Source: Takakia lepidozioides (taxonomy: Eukaryota; Plantae; Bryophyta). From it: a stretch of 64,000 nucleotides of DNA. Shown here in pieces: positions 1 to 16,122 of the stretch. Made by a program: the position numbers and the translations under genes. Each line of letters starts with the position of its first letter. Position 1 is the stretch's first letter. The stretch spans positions 12,896,001 to 12,960,000 of the forward strand of contig CM060734.1 in assembly GCA_030704615.1 (NCBI GenBank), in the 5' to 3' direction. A model generated the notes under the pieces. That model was not told the DNA's origin. It saw only the letters and a program-made list of their open reading frames with translations, and ran no database searches.

Positions 1-900
1 TTCTGAGGAGCTGCTTCTCAGTCACTCCGCCCCCATTTTTTTTCTTTTTTCTTTTTTCTTTTGTTGCCTCCTCTCTCCCTCTCTCTCTCCCTCTGTCCCT
101 CTCCCTCTATCTCCCACTCTCTCCCTCTCTTTTGTCTATGTCCCTCTCGCTATCTCTTTTTAACTTTTTGCCCCGTCTCTCCCTCTCTGGTTTGTTTTGT
201 TTTGTGAGGAGCACAAAAGAAAGGGAGAGAGAGGGGAGAGAGGGAGAGATCATAAAACAAAAAAAAAGTGGGGGGGAGGGGACTGAGCTGCTGCTCAGTC
301 AGTCCCCCCCCCCCCATTTTTTATTTTTTTTTCTTTGTTGCCCCCTCTCTCCCACTCTCTCCTCCTCTTTTATCTCTGTCCCTCTCCCTCTCCCTCTATT
401 GTTTGTTTTGTTTTTTAAGCAGCACAAAAGATAGGGATAAAGAGGGACAGAGAGGGAGAGATCAGGAAAGGTGGGAGGGAGAGGGAGAGGGAGAGGGAGA
501 GGAAGTGGGTCACTACCCCCCCATATTTTTATTTTTATTTTTTTTCTTGCACCTCTCTCTCTCTCTCTCTCTCTTTCCCTCTCTCTCCCTCTGTCCCTCT
601 CCCTCTCTCTCCATCTCTCTCCTCCTTCTCTCTCTCTCCCCCCTCTCTCTCTTCTCTGATTTTTGTTTTTTTGTGGGGATTGACAAAAGAGAGAGAAAAG
701 GAGGGAGAGGGACAGAGAGGGAGAGAGAGGGCGAGACGAGCAAACAAAAACAAAAAAGGTGGGGGGGGGGGGGGGAGGGACTGAGCAGCAGCAGTTGCTC
801 AGTCACTTCCCCCCACCCCCCCACATTTTTTTATTTTTTTTCCTTGAACCTTTCTGGTGAGGCGGAGCTGAGAGCAGCAGCACTTGCTGCTCTCAGCCCC
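1..900. repeat. CT/GA-rich low-complexity region with repeated CTGAGC...GCTCAG hairpins (internal repeats of the CACTA element)
   Basis: Alternating (CT)n-like and (GA)n-like blocks. The motif CTGAGC(n)GCTCAG(TCA) recurs, with variation, near 3, 283, 781 and 868. The ORFs here are compositional artefacts. Confidence 0.8.
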
Positions 901-977
901 CCACATGCTTTGTTTTTTTTTTTTTTGGATCTGGAATGTAGAGATTGTTTCGTGGTGAGGCCAACTTTTGGGTAAGC

Positions 978-3240
978 ATGACGGGTGCCAGGCTTATGGG
1001 GAAAGAGAAGAAGTCCCATGCCCCAAAGAAAGGGGCGGAGAACCTGTTTGCTCTGCCGGCATGTGTGACGCGGGCTGGCGTCTCACGGTTAACCAGCCCC
1101 GTCGACAGCCGCAGCCGGAGGGCTCCTCTGCCCCCTGAGGCCAGCCCCCCCCCCCCCCCCCCCCCTCTTGTCCCCATCTTGGATTTGCCAGCTCAACCAC
1201 CTCTCCTATTCGGGAGGTTGTTGCTGGGCCGGATGCTTAGTTGAGCATACCCCCGGCCACCAAGACGGGTGAGATGTACCTTGGCAAGCGCATCACCCGT
1301 TCGGGGGCCCGGTTCGGGCAACTTTTGGATGTCACCCCTATACAGACCCCTTCCTCTGCAGTGAAGGCCACATTTGCCAAGGCCCAAGGTCGGGTTGAAG
1401 GGCCTCGGGAACTGGCGGTTCCTAGCCCAATGTTGATCATGAGGGAGGAGTTGACAAGGAGGGCCAATGAGGAGGCCGAGATAGCGAAGCACCTCGAATT
1501 AGTGAAGCCGGGTGAGGGCTTCTACCCTGCTACGCATTTGTGGGGGGGGGGGGGAGGAGGAGCTACGGGCCGGTTTGGAGCGGCCTAGCCGATCAGCGAT
1601 GTCGTCCCCTCAGCCTGAGTGGTCAACAAAGAAGGGCCTGGACTCCGGGGCGCCGCTGCCGACTATAGTCGACATCTGGAACCTACTTCCTGCGGCGCTT
1701 CGGGAGGGGATAACACGGGGACTTCCGGCAGCGGGGACTCCTGCCACATCGGGTGACACCGGGGCCGAGTCGGCCAAGCTTGCAAAGGTACAACCGTCGC
1801 ACCTTGCCCATTCCATGTTTTGTCATTTCTTTTGCATGCATGTATTTCTTTTTTGTTCGTTTCTTTTTTTGAATTTGGGGGTGGGGTATGAGGCAGAGAC
1901 ATTCTTGGCCGGTTGGATGCACTCCCGTGGGGTTATCAATGAGGCAGAGCACATGGTGTTGATGAAGGACCAGAACACCAAAGGCAAGAAGAAGAGGCCT
2001 CGACCTCCCGAGGTCTCTTTTACCATCAATGAAAGGGCTGCCGAGGAGGGAGAGGGAGAAGGAGAGAGAGGAAGTAGCGGGGAAGGGGGAGGAAGTAGTC
2101 GTGGAGAAGGGGAAGGAAAAGAAGAAGAGGAGGAAGTCTCATGGAGACGATGAGGTGGGTGTGCGTGCGGGAGACGGCAGTGGGATAACAAAGGAGGTGG
2201 GGAAGGAGCCTGCAAAAAAGGGAGAGGGTGGGAAGAATAAGAAGAAATCTCGGGGGATATAAAGGTGGCCTTGGCAAAGATCGTTGTGCCATCGGTGGAG
2301 GTCAATAAGCATGGTAACCCCTGCGGTGCGTTTTGGGCGGCTATGAAGGGACCAGCCTTCCAACTCGCAGCGGCATGGTTCTCTTGGCACATCGAGTGGG
2401 ATGATCAACACTATGGCCAGAAGCGCAAGTACGCCCGTGAGTTAGACCGCCGGTTTTTGAGCAATTGGAGTGAGACGAGGGTGATGGAGATGGTGGGGTA
2501 GAACTTGAAGAACAAGAGCTACCGTGCCAGACAAAGGATTAGGCAATGGAAAAGGGGGTCACATCCAAACCACCTTTTGAAATTTCACAGGTTGGCAAAT
2601 CCTTGATTCATTTCACCTTCCATTTGTTGCATGAGCATTAATGAGGTGGATTCGATGCAACGTATGTGTGTAATTCACTAATTGTTGGGGGGGGGGGGGG
2701 GTGCATAGGTATCGTGGGATGCGCTCATTGCGGGAGAGAATGATGCGGCAAACAAGGATAAGTTTCAGAGGGCACGCGAAGCAACAACAATCCGCCTTGA
2801 GAAACACAAATCCACACACAGGTGGGGCCCCGGCGGATCGAGGGGTTTTATCCTCCGATTTGTAAGTCATACTTCTCTATGTATTTTGTTATGTCTTCTT
2901 TCTGGCTCCATCATCGTGAGAAACTGACTTTAATTTGTGACATGTGTAGGAAACCACGTTTGAGAGGTTGTCATCTCCGGTAGAGTACGACTACACCAAG
3001 GAGCATGGTTGGCAATCCCTCATGACCAACATGACCAAGACGGAGGGGATGAATGCACTATAAGGCACTAGTATGGCTGAGGGGGGGGGGGGGGGGGGGG
3101 GGGGTCATGGCCAGGGATTGGATGAGAGCTTTGTAGGAGTTAGGGGAACGCCGCCTGATTTATGTGCTCAGGCAAAGGGCGCGGAGTTATCAGGCTCATC
3201 GGATAGCTATGGCTCCTCCTTTGACGATGAGGATGAATAG
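978..3240 (+). pseudogene. Decayed CACTA ORF2 (TnpA/Ptta-like) gene
   Basis: Spliced, stop-interrupted frames include FSWHIEWDDQHYGQKRKYARELDRRF...VG*NLKNKSYRAR and KFQRAREATTIRLEKHKSTHRWGPGG, matching the HxxGxGG motif of CACTA accessory proteins. It lies inside the CACTA terminus. Confidence 0.55.
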
Positions 3241-5163
3241 TCCTAGTCCGTGTAGCTAGTCCCAGGGTCAGTCTATTGAACCCTTGTGAGCAAAGAATTC
3301 AGCTCATTGCTTGTAAATATATTTCCATTTGTACATATATTTCCATCTTCCATCTTATTCATGTGTCGCACGGCCTCACCCTCGATTCATGCTTGCTTGA
3401 ACCTATGCAATAAACAAAATTGAGTACCTGTTAAATCAGAGCAATGGAAGCTCTAATGTCTTCCAACACCCAAGAAAGAAACCAGGGAAAAACCCTAAAT
3501 CACCCCCAATTCACCCCCCAAAATGACACACCCCCCTCCCCCCACCACCCCCCACAATGCCCAGGGGGTCACTTGGCCAATGCCCTTGCGACGGGTTTTT
3601 TAGGCTTGCCACGGATGGGGGTCGCAACTAGCCACGGCCGGGCGTGGCTAGTGGCAACGCAGTGGCAAAGCCGGACCCCCCCCCCCCCCCCCCCTGCGAC
3701 GGGTTTTTCTTCTGTGCGACATTCCGGGGTGGCTAGCTGCGACGCCTCGGCGTCCCTGAGCCCAACACAAGGCCTCCCCCACCTGTTTGTTTTTTGTAAA
3801 AGAAGGCACCCAGCCACCCTCGGGCGTCGCAAGTAACCACGCCCCAGAGTTGCACTGGGCGACTGCACTGAGGCGACGGGGTCTCCCCATGCGACGCCGT
3901 GGCGTGTCTGGCAACGACGCCACTGGGTGGCTGAGCCTAACCCCCCCTCCGCCACGTGGTGTTTTTTTAGTCCGGGCATGGAAAAAAAAAAATATTGGTT
4001 GCCACGCCGAGCCGTCACCCTAACCAACGTCGTCGCGGGGATGGTAGCGATGGCCGGGCGTGGCTACAAGGAGGCCCCCCCCAGAGCCCTGGATGACCAA
4101 GAAGCGACGGCGGGGCGTCACTGAAGGGGGGTAGCGGCTTGCAACCCCCATTCGTCGCATTTATGCGACGTCCGATTAGTGACGCCCCGGGGACAGTCGT
4201 GCCACACCCGGGCGTGGCAAAAGGGCACATGCGCTCCTGCCTCAAAAGCGGCGTTTATTGACGCCGCAGCCCCTTTTCCTATAGTGAAAATTTCAATAAC
4301 ATGTTCAGGAAATTAGAAACTTAGCTGTTAATTGCTGACATTCTTCAAACTCCTTCATTACCTGCGCCAAAATCGAAAAAAGAGAACCACATATCATCCC
4401 CATAGCTATAAATTTGCCCCAAACTATATAGAATCATGCAGAATGCACTTATGTTGTATGTGTTGTAGACGACTACATACAAACCAGGAACACAGATTAT
4501 CAGGGCATACCATTGGGGAGTCAGCTCTGGAAATGCTGAGGCTGCAATGGCACTGTGACTGTTATTCTCCTCCTACACCATCTGAATGCAACTACAGGTT
4601 CCACATATTTGCAAACAGAATGAAGAAAGTAGAGGCAACCTGCATACCAATGGTGGACATGCACAAGCTTGAATGGACAACACTGAAGGTGGAGCAGCTT
4701 GCAACACTCGTGGAATCTCAGCACTCAGCAACGCATTTCCCACCACTGGCAGCCATGACAACCATACCCCTGCCATGGTGCCCGTACAATCCTTATCAAA
4801 TACTTTTAGTGGCCAGGAGTTAGCACTTATTCCACAACTAGAACTCCCTATCAGCTCACCTCCAAAATCTGTCAAATTTCCATGCACCATACCCTTACAA
4901 AGGAGAACACAAAGTCCTGCGTATTAGATGTGCAACATGACCAATAAGAGTGGATGCCTCGCCTCAGTGTGCTGCAGTCCAGTGCAGAATCAGAATTGCA
5001 ATGTCAGTGTAGACTTCCTCACTGCATAGCAGCAATCCATCTGAGGTCGTAAGATATAGCATAATTGACTAGAGTTAGGTTGACTATTCGCAGCAAGAGA
5101 GCTTACCTTGCAAAGCTGGCTTGGCCAGGGGTCATTTTGCCAGCATCATACAGTTTACAAAGG

Positions 5164-7013
<1,850 letters not shown>

Positions 7014-8005
7014 CTGCAATAGGGTTGCAGAAATACTCAGATACACAGATGACATTATACATGGACACTACTGTACAATGATTATGAAATGTTTGAAGTT
7101 AGTGTATAATGACCAGCAATCAGGATAGTCAATCACCAGTTAGACAGGGAGAGGACATACCGAGTGTGATAGGGATATAGATATGCTCTGGTGGGTGACC
7201 GGGGGAAGGGAGAGACAGAGAGAGGGAAGAGGATTTATTGTGGTACAGACAACTAATGGGTAGTGTTCCTCCAGTACTTCCAGTCCAAAAAACCAATCTA
7301 AAATGTGTGAAACAAGCCAACTAACTACTCACATGCAGTAAGCCTGAGATCTAGAAGTCGGCAAAGCTCAATTTTATAAATGAGAAGCCATTGTCTACAC
7401 CTTCCTTTGAATGGCAAACATGAGAAGCAAGTTCTTATCGGTGACAATATGAGGAGCAACTGTTGTGCTTTATGCTGGGACTGTTGCCAATAAAAGTTGC
7501 ACTTCACAGTCACATAATTCATCAGAGCGACAAAACTTAGTTTCAAATAGAGCAATCTAGCCTACATTGTGCACTAAGGTGAATTGCATAAAGGTGTATA
7601 ACCTACTTATGTACATAATGACACATGCTATGTATACATCAAGGGCATGTCTTTCATACATGTATCACATGAAGGCATTGATGTCAATGCCTCGAGTACA
7701 TTAAACATGAGACACAAACACCTACAAACTTAGCTGCACACATATGCCACGTTGTACATACTTTAACTTGCATGCATCCACCAATGCACACATCTTAAAA
7801 GACCTACTTGCTACACACACACCCTTCCATCCCTAGAAAAACATGCCCCTATCTCACACCCTTGACAACTTCCATCAATGTGTACCTGCTCAATTCTGTA
7901 GAAGGGTGCCAAATGGGTGTCAAAAAACTCCTTCTCACTTCCAGGGCTTAGAAAAAGCTGCGAAAAGGATTTCCCTCAATTGATCAGAAAAAATGCGGGA
8001 GGATA

Positions 8006-9260
8006 GTGCGACGTGCATTATTAACCGCACAGCTAGCTGCAGTATTGGCACCGCCTAACGTACCTCTTATTGCACCTCCTATCATATCTATCGTACCGCC
8101 TATTGTAACAGCACCAATGGTTGCGGTACCGATTGGAGTTAACTTACAATCGATTTTGGTGGTAGTGAACTTGGGAGGCCCCGACAATAGACCACTCAAT
8201 GTATTGCCTATGCCACAATTCACGGGCCTACAAGGATCAGACTCCCGATCGGCATTTGGCCCAGTTTATGACGGCTTGTATCGCCAACAATGCCAGGACA
8301 GAAGACTAGTGGCGGACGATGTTTTTCGCTACGCTGCGTGAGCTGGCTTTTCAGTGGTACGATCGTCAACCTCATGGCGGCTTTACTGATTGGAATGCCC
8401 TAAAGACAGCCTTTCTGACTCAATTCAGGCCCTTGGGTTTTACTGATCGGTTGCGTGAGCAATTGACCAAGCTCCATATGGTAGAAGGAGAATCACTCGG
8501 CTCCTTCGCAGGACGATTGGAAGATATCCTCCGGTGATGGAATAACCATAACATCCCTGACCATATGCAGATGGGCCTTTTTGTGGAAGGATTGATGCCA
8601 CAGGAATTGAAGCGGTTTGTAAAGGAGGGGACACTGACCAATCTCCAAGCAGCCCTCAATCGAGCTAAACTATAGGAAACTATTAATGTCTCCACTTATT
8701 CAGTTGCGCCCACTATGTTTGATACTAATTCTTGGGCTCCGCAAACTTCGGCCACAGTAATGCCATCGGCCATAGTTTTATCCCCTCAAACTACTGTGGG
8801 AATGTATGCCCCCACGTCCTTGCAAAATCAGTTACCAGCTGGTGTAGTAATTGATCCGCAGGAGGGGCAGATTGCTGCATTAACTAAACGGATGGAAGAG
8901 CTCTCCGTGCAATTGGCCTCTAAGCGAGAGGAAAGGCCTAAGCCGAATAATCAGAGAGCCAATATGTGGTGCTCCACTTGTCAAGTCCAGGGCCATCTTG
9001 CCAATGAGTGTCCATTGAACCCAACGACTAATCCTATTAATGGAACTGGTGTCAAATGTGGCTAATGTGGCAAGACAGGGCATGTGATATTACAGTGTTG
9101 GCATTTGCAATTAGCTATGGGTCTGTCACCGGCCAATATAATCGCAAAACAGGATAGGATGTCAATCAGGTTGGGTTATCAGCAGCACCTGCAATGCAGT
9201 CTATGTCTGCACAATGGCCCGAGTCATCCCCCCAAAATCAGCACCAGAGAATGAGGAATT
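8006..9260 (+). pseudogene. Ty3/gypsy LTR-retrotransposon gag relic
   Basis: Capsid-like FATLRELAFQWY...WNALKTAFLTQFRP...MVEGESLGSFAGRL followed by two CCHC knuckles (CSTCQVQGHLANEC; CG*CGKTGHVILQC). Several in-frame stops; no pol or LTR is visible. Confidence 0.88.
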
Positions 9261-9268
9261 ACCTCTAT

Positions 9269-9480
9269 GGGGGTTGCCACTGGCATCCTGTTTTTCATCC
9301 ATACCGGATGAGGAATTTTTGGGATGTTGAATTACCTGTGAGGATGTAAACCGTTGCCGTGGATGTTATTTCCTATTTTTTTATCCCGCTGATGGATTTT
9401 TCCAATGGATGAGCTCATGGATGATTTTTTCTCTGTCATCTACACCGGATGATATGTACAGCTGTTTACGGCCTTGAACT
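9269..9480 (+). mobile_element. Probable terminus of a MULE-like element truncating the gag
   Basis: Starts GGGGGTTGCCAC, similar to the GGGGG(C/A)TGCTA termini at 48805 and 45725, and is followed by clustered CATCC/GGATG inverted motifs. The other end was not found. Confidence 0.4.
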
Positions 9481-11554
9481 GATCTTAACTACCCCTAATT
9501 ATGGTTAATTACGGTGTGAAACCCTAACCCCTACCCTAAAACCTATTTTTTAACCTAGCTACGGATGGAATCCGTCGGGTTTGAGGGATATTATGTTTAT
9601 TGTTCATCCTGCGCGGATAAAAAATCGGGCAAATGCCCTATGTCGTCTCTCCCGCCGTCAGAAGCACAAGCCGTGCTTCTGAGCTCGCAGGGAGATGGCG
9701 TCTCGTTTTTGCTGCTGCCTGTTTGCTGCATCGTACCCGTGCTGGGCGATCTCCTGGGGATGCGCAATGGCGGCATTTGGTCTCTCTTGCATGCGGGAGA
9801 CAATGCTGTGAATGCATTGTCTTGTTCCCTCATCTGGCCTTTAATTTTTGCAGCGGCGCCTGTGTTGGGAAGTCTCTCTCCCTCCCCTTCTTAACCTTGC
9901 AAGCTTGCTTGTTTGCCTCATTGCTTCTTTGCTTTGTTGGAGGCGGCCTGCTGGTGGTAATGGCGCACAAAGCTCTCTTCCCCAATCGCTCAAGGTGCTT
10001 TTGGTGACTAGGGTTCCTTCTATTTTTGTCTTCATCTCTTGCTTTTGAAGTTCTTAGTTGACATCGATGACAAGTGTGGGGATCTGTGATTCACCTGGGG
10101 TTCCACAATCCGAGCACTAACCTGTTGGTTTTTGTGGGGGCTTGTGATGGGACCAGGTGAGGATCCCCACTTGCTTTGAGTTTTCTTGAGCATGCAGATG
10201 TGGATGTGGGCAGAAGAGCCCCTTGTCTTGTTGCGTCTTGATATGGCTGATGACTCTAGCCTCGATTTCGGCTTGTCTGCTCCTGGTCTGGCATGCTGCC
10301 GCTTCTGTAAGGCTTGTGTTTTGCTGCCGTCTATGGGGCATCTCAGTTTCAAAGGCCTGTTTTCTGAAGCCCTGCATCCAACCTTTACCTTGTCTTTGGA
10401 TCCCTGACAGCAGAGCCTGTGGATCAGTAGGCTAGGTTACAAATTTGTGGCTCCAGAGGCTCTATGTTTTATGGGTAAGGCGTTAGTGGCCTTGTGTTTT
10501 ATAGGACGAGGTGGCCTTGAATTTTGTGGCAGCAACCTGGTAAGGCACTGGCCTGCATGTTTCCACTAGGCCTGCATTTGGTATACAGTGGATCATAGTG
10601 AAGTGCTTTTGCAAACCCTAGCATTAGCATCTTGAAAAATGGTGGTGGTAAACTTTAATGGACTCCAGCCAGTGTTTTTGGACTTATCATGGCATCAGAC
10701 CTGTGACCTGCAATTTAAGAACCCAAGATACTTGCTTAACAGTGCATATCTTGATAAAATTATTGGCCAAGAGGGCTAGGTCTCGGGTACCCAAGATGCT
10801 TGCTTGAAGTGCATGACTTGAATCTGTAAAGTAACAGGCTGGTCTCACATACCCAAGATGCCCTCCAAAAATTGGGAGTTTAACCCAATGGATCCCGCTC
10901 AATGGATTCATGTTGACAATGTAGTGTGGACAATGCCACCGAGAAAAAATACGACAAAAGCAAGCACATAAAAGATAACTGCTCGAGAGGCGGACAATGC
11001 TAGAGCAAATTTGGAATCAGCAAATCGTCAAGATAATAAAAACTAAAATGATATGAATGCAGACAACTCTCCAACTTTCTTGTTTCCTTGTAATGTTTTA
11101 AACCTCAATGACTTTGAATGATGGATAAAAAATAGTTGTTCTACTCAATTGTAATGTTGTTCATTCTTCTAGCAAAATTTGGACCACTTTCATTAAATTT
11201 TGTATGAATAAATTTTGTTAGAGTGGTTGGGATTTAAAAAAAAACCTTTTGCTTAGTAATACTTGCAAATTTTTATATAACCTCCTAAACACTTTTCCAT
11301 TTTTTTTTTGGGATTGGTTTGGATTTTTTAATGACATTTTTATAGGTCCTTAATATTATTCTTTCATAATATTTGTTTCTTATCTAATATACTTTAACTT
11401 AGCCTAAGCCGAGTACCACAAAAATATCTTTGTAATGTTTGAAGCTTGACACTCGGAATTAATTGTTTTTCTAACTTTGAGGTTGCATACTACAGTGGTT
11501 GGAATATTTAATTAAAAATTTGTATAGGTCCTAAACACTCTCCCATCACCCCTG

Positions 11555-14500
11555 TCATTCATCCTTTTGTCGGAGACTTAACCCTGTACCATGGCTACCA
11601 TGAACAGCCACATGCGAATATTTTTTGGTATCTATGAATAAGTTTATGTCAGAAGTTTTTGGATTAAAATGTGTTTCATTAAAACATAAAATATGAGCTG
11701 CTTGTAAGTTGTGATTTGCACATACATCTTCTCTATGTAATAACAACGATCTAGTATTTAAATGTTGTATAAGAACATGTGATTGTGTATATATGGTTAA
11801 AACTGGAATGATCAACTCCCATTTTGCTGTTGTTTTCAATCTTTGCATTTCTTCTACCACACCATTATCAACATGAAAATTTGATAATTGTAAATTTGAT
11901 AGGAGATACAAATTTTCTTTTTTACGTATTCGAGACAAAGCTGTATAACTTAAACCATGTTTATGTACTCATGTTGGATCAAACGCCAAATAGTCTAAAG
12001 TTAAACCTTATGAACAATGTATAGTTCGTGCATCTGCTACTTGAATAGGAAATTGTGTTCTTGTAATTATATGTGATGTATTGGATCCTATTTGAATTTC
12101 TTTTGTAATTGGTTGAATTGGAGTCCATAACTTATTTATCGTTGAGCTATATAAATGAATATTTTTTGCACGTGTAGCAACGCCAGATTTTGGATTATTA
12201 AATTGTATCCATATTAAAGGCGTTGAATCTGTTAACACTGAAGTATGTTTAAATATACCGTCTGCTGTGTTTACTAAACCATCATGTGTTGCATAGTTGC
12301 CTGCACATAACTCCACCAACATTTCTTCCTTCACACGAATGATTGTATGTAAGCTAGTTGTATTGGCTACATTATCTGAAAGCTTAAAAGTGGATGGACA
12401 TGTATCATTATGTTTATCAACAGCTTCAAAAATATATATACTTCCTTTAGTTGTTTCAAATGCTTTGTGATTATGAACTAACATAGATTTGTTTGTATAA
12501 TACAAATGTGGAAATGTTGGATTGTTAGGAGCAGGACGACAACATTGTCGATTTATAGTATCAATATCAAATTGAGTTGCGGTTGCAATTCGCAGTCGAT
12601 TCAAGATGGCAATGAATTCATTGTCTGATTGACGCATTACTTGATTAAGTTCGTAACATTTAATACAATCTTGCCAAAAACCAGGTACTATAGCATCAGG
12701 ACTTTCATTTTTCTTTTTGAAAACCCATGAATCTCGTACTGGCGGTGCTTGGTAGAAATCTCCAGTGATAATAACATCAATATTACCAAAGTAAAGAATT
12801 ATGAATTCGTTTTATTGATCTCAATCGTTGATCAGCAAACGCAAGCATCCTACTACCTACAAGAGATACTTCATCTAATACCATAAGTTGTAGTTCATCA
12901 ATTTTTTTTACTAATGTGTCTAATCGTTCAGAACCTAGCGATGACAAATCTTTGCAATTAAGAGGTATGCTTAGTCTTGAATGGATTGTTGTTCCATCTA
13001 TATTGAAAGCAGCCTTTCCAGTATATGCCATGAGAATTGATTTTTGTTTAAGGGGGTCAGATTGTGGATGTCTATTGTAAAATCTCAATAAACCTTGAAT
13101 AATAAGCAACAAAGTAAATGTTTTTCCGGTTCCTGCCCCCCCTGTTAAAAACATTTGCAAAGGTTTATTGGGAAACAAATATTTTCTATACATACAATCA
13201 TCGAAAATTGTGCGTTGTTCTATATTAAGTTTTCGTAGTTGTGCATAAAATTCTATTGTGGAAATAATGTTATCAGACGCAGAAGAAATATTCGCATCAG
13301 GCACTGTCGATAAACCAATTTTAGGGCGCAAATGAAATTCAGTAGCTATGTCATATGGTTCTATCCCAGTACTACTTATTAATGATTGTGGAATGGATTC
13401 TGCATCAACATCAGCATCAAGAAAGTTATTCATCCATATACTAATATCATTGATTTTGGCTAATTCGTGAGCATTTGTCTCTAACATACTCCAAGATGAT
13501 GTATTAGTATTTTCTATAGAAAACTTGTATATGAATTTATTACGTATTAATGAAATAGTTGATTCATGATTCATATACGCATCATGCCAAGTCTTATGGT
13601 TGTCTTTTTGAGATTCTTCATTTTTTATGAATTGATGAAAAAGTAAAAGTTGTTCTCGATAATAATTTTCAGAGTCTCAATGCTCATTGTAATGCACATA
13701 TCTAATGATATGAGATTTTTTACGACGCTTTATATTATTTTTTTCCATTGTATAATCTGCTACATATTCAATGAGACTTAAATGATTTAATGTAGTTGGG
13801 CGATCTATGTATTTATCGATAGCAGATGAACACTTTATATCTGTAGATTCAGGAGAGAGTCGTCGTAAATCTTTATCAGCTTTTAGCACAAATGCCCGTT
13901 CTTGAGACCGGTGATGTGTTTAGAAATTTAAAAGTTCTGGATGCATGATATAGTGGTATAGATAAGACAACGTATGCAACTAATTGAGCGGACATTTGCT
14001 GGGCATTCAAGAACACATTTCCCATCAACTTGTTCTGATTTACATTTTTCTATTATTGTACGAAATTCATTAGTAATAGTTTTATCTATCTTAGTTAAAT
14101 AAGAAGTACAATAACTTGCTGCAGCATAAGGATCGAGAATATATTGTGCATCAGTATTAGCTTGCCACAATGGGCCAGTGTGGATACCAAATGCATTAGT
14201 ACGGATATCTTTACATGCTCTTTTTAAAAATAAAGTAGGTTTTTGCAATCTAATACGCAACGCACATATATATATGTTTTTTTTTTTACCAATATGTAAT
14301 AATGAAAGGAAGTCATCAAATGAAATATCTATACCCATATCCATTTTATTTAACTCAGTAAATATTTGAGTTGATATCAATGTATAATGTTTTAAATCCT
14401 TTCTGTTTAATTCTTCAGTGAAAGGTTCCAAAATAGTAGTACAAATCATTGGGGGCAATGGATAGTGAAAACGACATATAGCTTGATTTTTTTTCCTACA

Positions 14501-16122
14501 TGTCCGTTTGTATCGATAGATTTGAGCTTCACGAAGACTAGGTGGAAGAACATTACTATCAGATGTTATATATTTATCCACAAAATCTTCAATTATCTTA
14601 TTTTGGTCTATTCCATAAATGGGTGCATTAGCTATCCACAACATTCCATGGTCATGTTCACTACCTCTACTTTGAAATTCCGTAACATAGAAAAAATCGC
14701 GTAGGGGTCCAAAAATGGTATGATCTTTTTTGCATAGATATCTAAAAGCACCCATTCGATGATCATAATATCGAGCATATGTAACGGGGTCGGATCGGAC
14801 TAACTCGGCAATGTGTTTAGTTTCTAAGTTTTGTATATTATCCGGAATTTCTAATTTTTCATAGTTGAGAGAATGAAGGGTTTCTAATAGTGGTGTCCAT
14901 TTACTTTCAGCACTTGTGAATGTGACAAAAAAAGTAGGGGGTCCTAATTGTCGAATCATTGCAAAAGCTTCTTTTCGAAGACGAGCCAAGTAATCGGGCG
15001 ATGTTCGTAATCGTTCTAGATCTCTATAGCCTAGATCTGAGCGCAATTGCTTATCCAAATTTGGTTTTTCAAGGAGATCACCTGCCTTTAATTGTCTACC
15101 ATGAAGTTTACCTTTACGAATACAAATCCAAGAAGATGAAGTAACACCATGAATTAATACTTTTATAGCTTTTAAAAAAAAAATCGGAATATGTCGTGCA
15201 AAATCATGGTTGCAATAGTTCCCACTGTGCAATATCTTGATAAGATAAAGCCGAACAATTTGATCGAGGATGTCCAAAAAACAAGCTAGGAAAATTTAAT
15301 TCTTCGCTATGAATATCTTGAAATAGACCTAATGGTTTGAAAATCTTGCCTAGGAGCTACCGTCAAAAGATCATCTTGAAATACTTGGATTTGTTCCGAA
15401 GTGAGAATATTTTCCACCAAAGTATCACTAGTAATATTTTCGGTAACTTCCTCAAAACTATCTCGAGTATTTTTGATAACTTCCTCATAACTATCTTCAT
15501 TAAGACAATGTTTTTGATTATTTTGTTCTGTTTGACAAGACATCGCAAATAAACCATACCATTCTGGACGAATAGTAACATGAGCTTCCATATATAATGG
15601 AGTAGTTAGGAGATCATGTAAAGCTAACATGATAAAATTTGGATGTACAGTTCCTGATAAATATGGATTTTTATATTCTAATCGACGTTTCAAAAGTAAT
15701 CCAATTGTAGCATCATCATGTGGCATGCGAGGTAGAACCGCCTGTGTATCATTAATATTTGCTGGAACATTAATTATGCTACCACGAATACCATATTGAG
15801 CATAACCTTGCAATTGATATATTGTGCAAAAGCCATACGTGGTGCAATTAATCTTTCTTCTAAGTGCATTTAGTTTTTGAACATTATATATAGGATTATT
15901 TAGATGAATATTGTTAGGTACTATATATTTAGGAGATTTTTTTTTATGAAGCATCAATTTACAACTTTGACATAGAAATAATTCTTGATTTTGTACTTTT
16001 GTCATATTAATAGAAATATACTCCTCTAATTTAGTCAACAAGCCTTTCGTGAGTTTAACAATTTGTTTTTTAAAAGATAACCGATGACAACACATACATG
16101 GATGCACATGCGTATCTAACAA
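11555..16122 (-). mobile_element. Helitron2/Helentron-type Rep-helicase-endonuclease ORF (pseudogenised)
   Basis: N-terminal Cys cluster and IRGSIINVPAN segment; Rep motif IRQLGPPTFFVTFT; HUH motif EFQSRGSEHDHGMLW; Y2 motif YAAASYCTSYLTK; PIF1 motifs GGAGTGKT, DEVSLV, GDFYQAPPV, MRQSD, RTQFPIQ...TIHCS*GLT, YTALSR; C-terminal EEP-like HLNTRSL...HILCFNETHF. Multiple stops and frameshifts. Confidence 0.93.

Larger units (their letters stand above)
1..4286 (+). mobile_element. Right part of a CACTA/EnSpm DNA transposon
   Basis: Ends in CCCTTTTCCTATAGTG at 4271-4286 (reverse complement CACTATAGGAAAAGGG). It is preceded by GC-rich subterminal GCGACG/CGTCGC repeats at 3570-4270 and followed by an abrupt drop in GC content. 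Confidence 0.8.

Noticed and set aside
132-975. ORFs rich in SL/ER dipeptides
   Set aside because: Translations of CT/GA low-complexity DNA.
9519-9546. Telomere-like AAACCCTAACCCCTACCCTAAA
   Set aside because: Only about three degenerate units; common in plant TE and promoter DNA.
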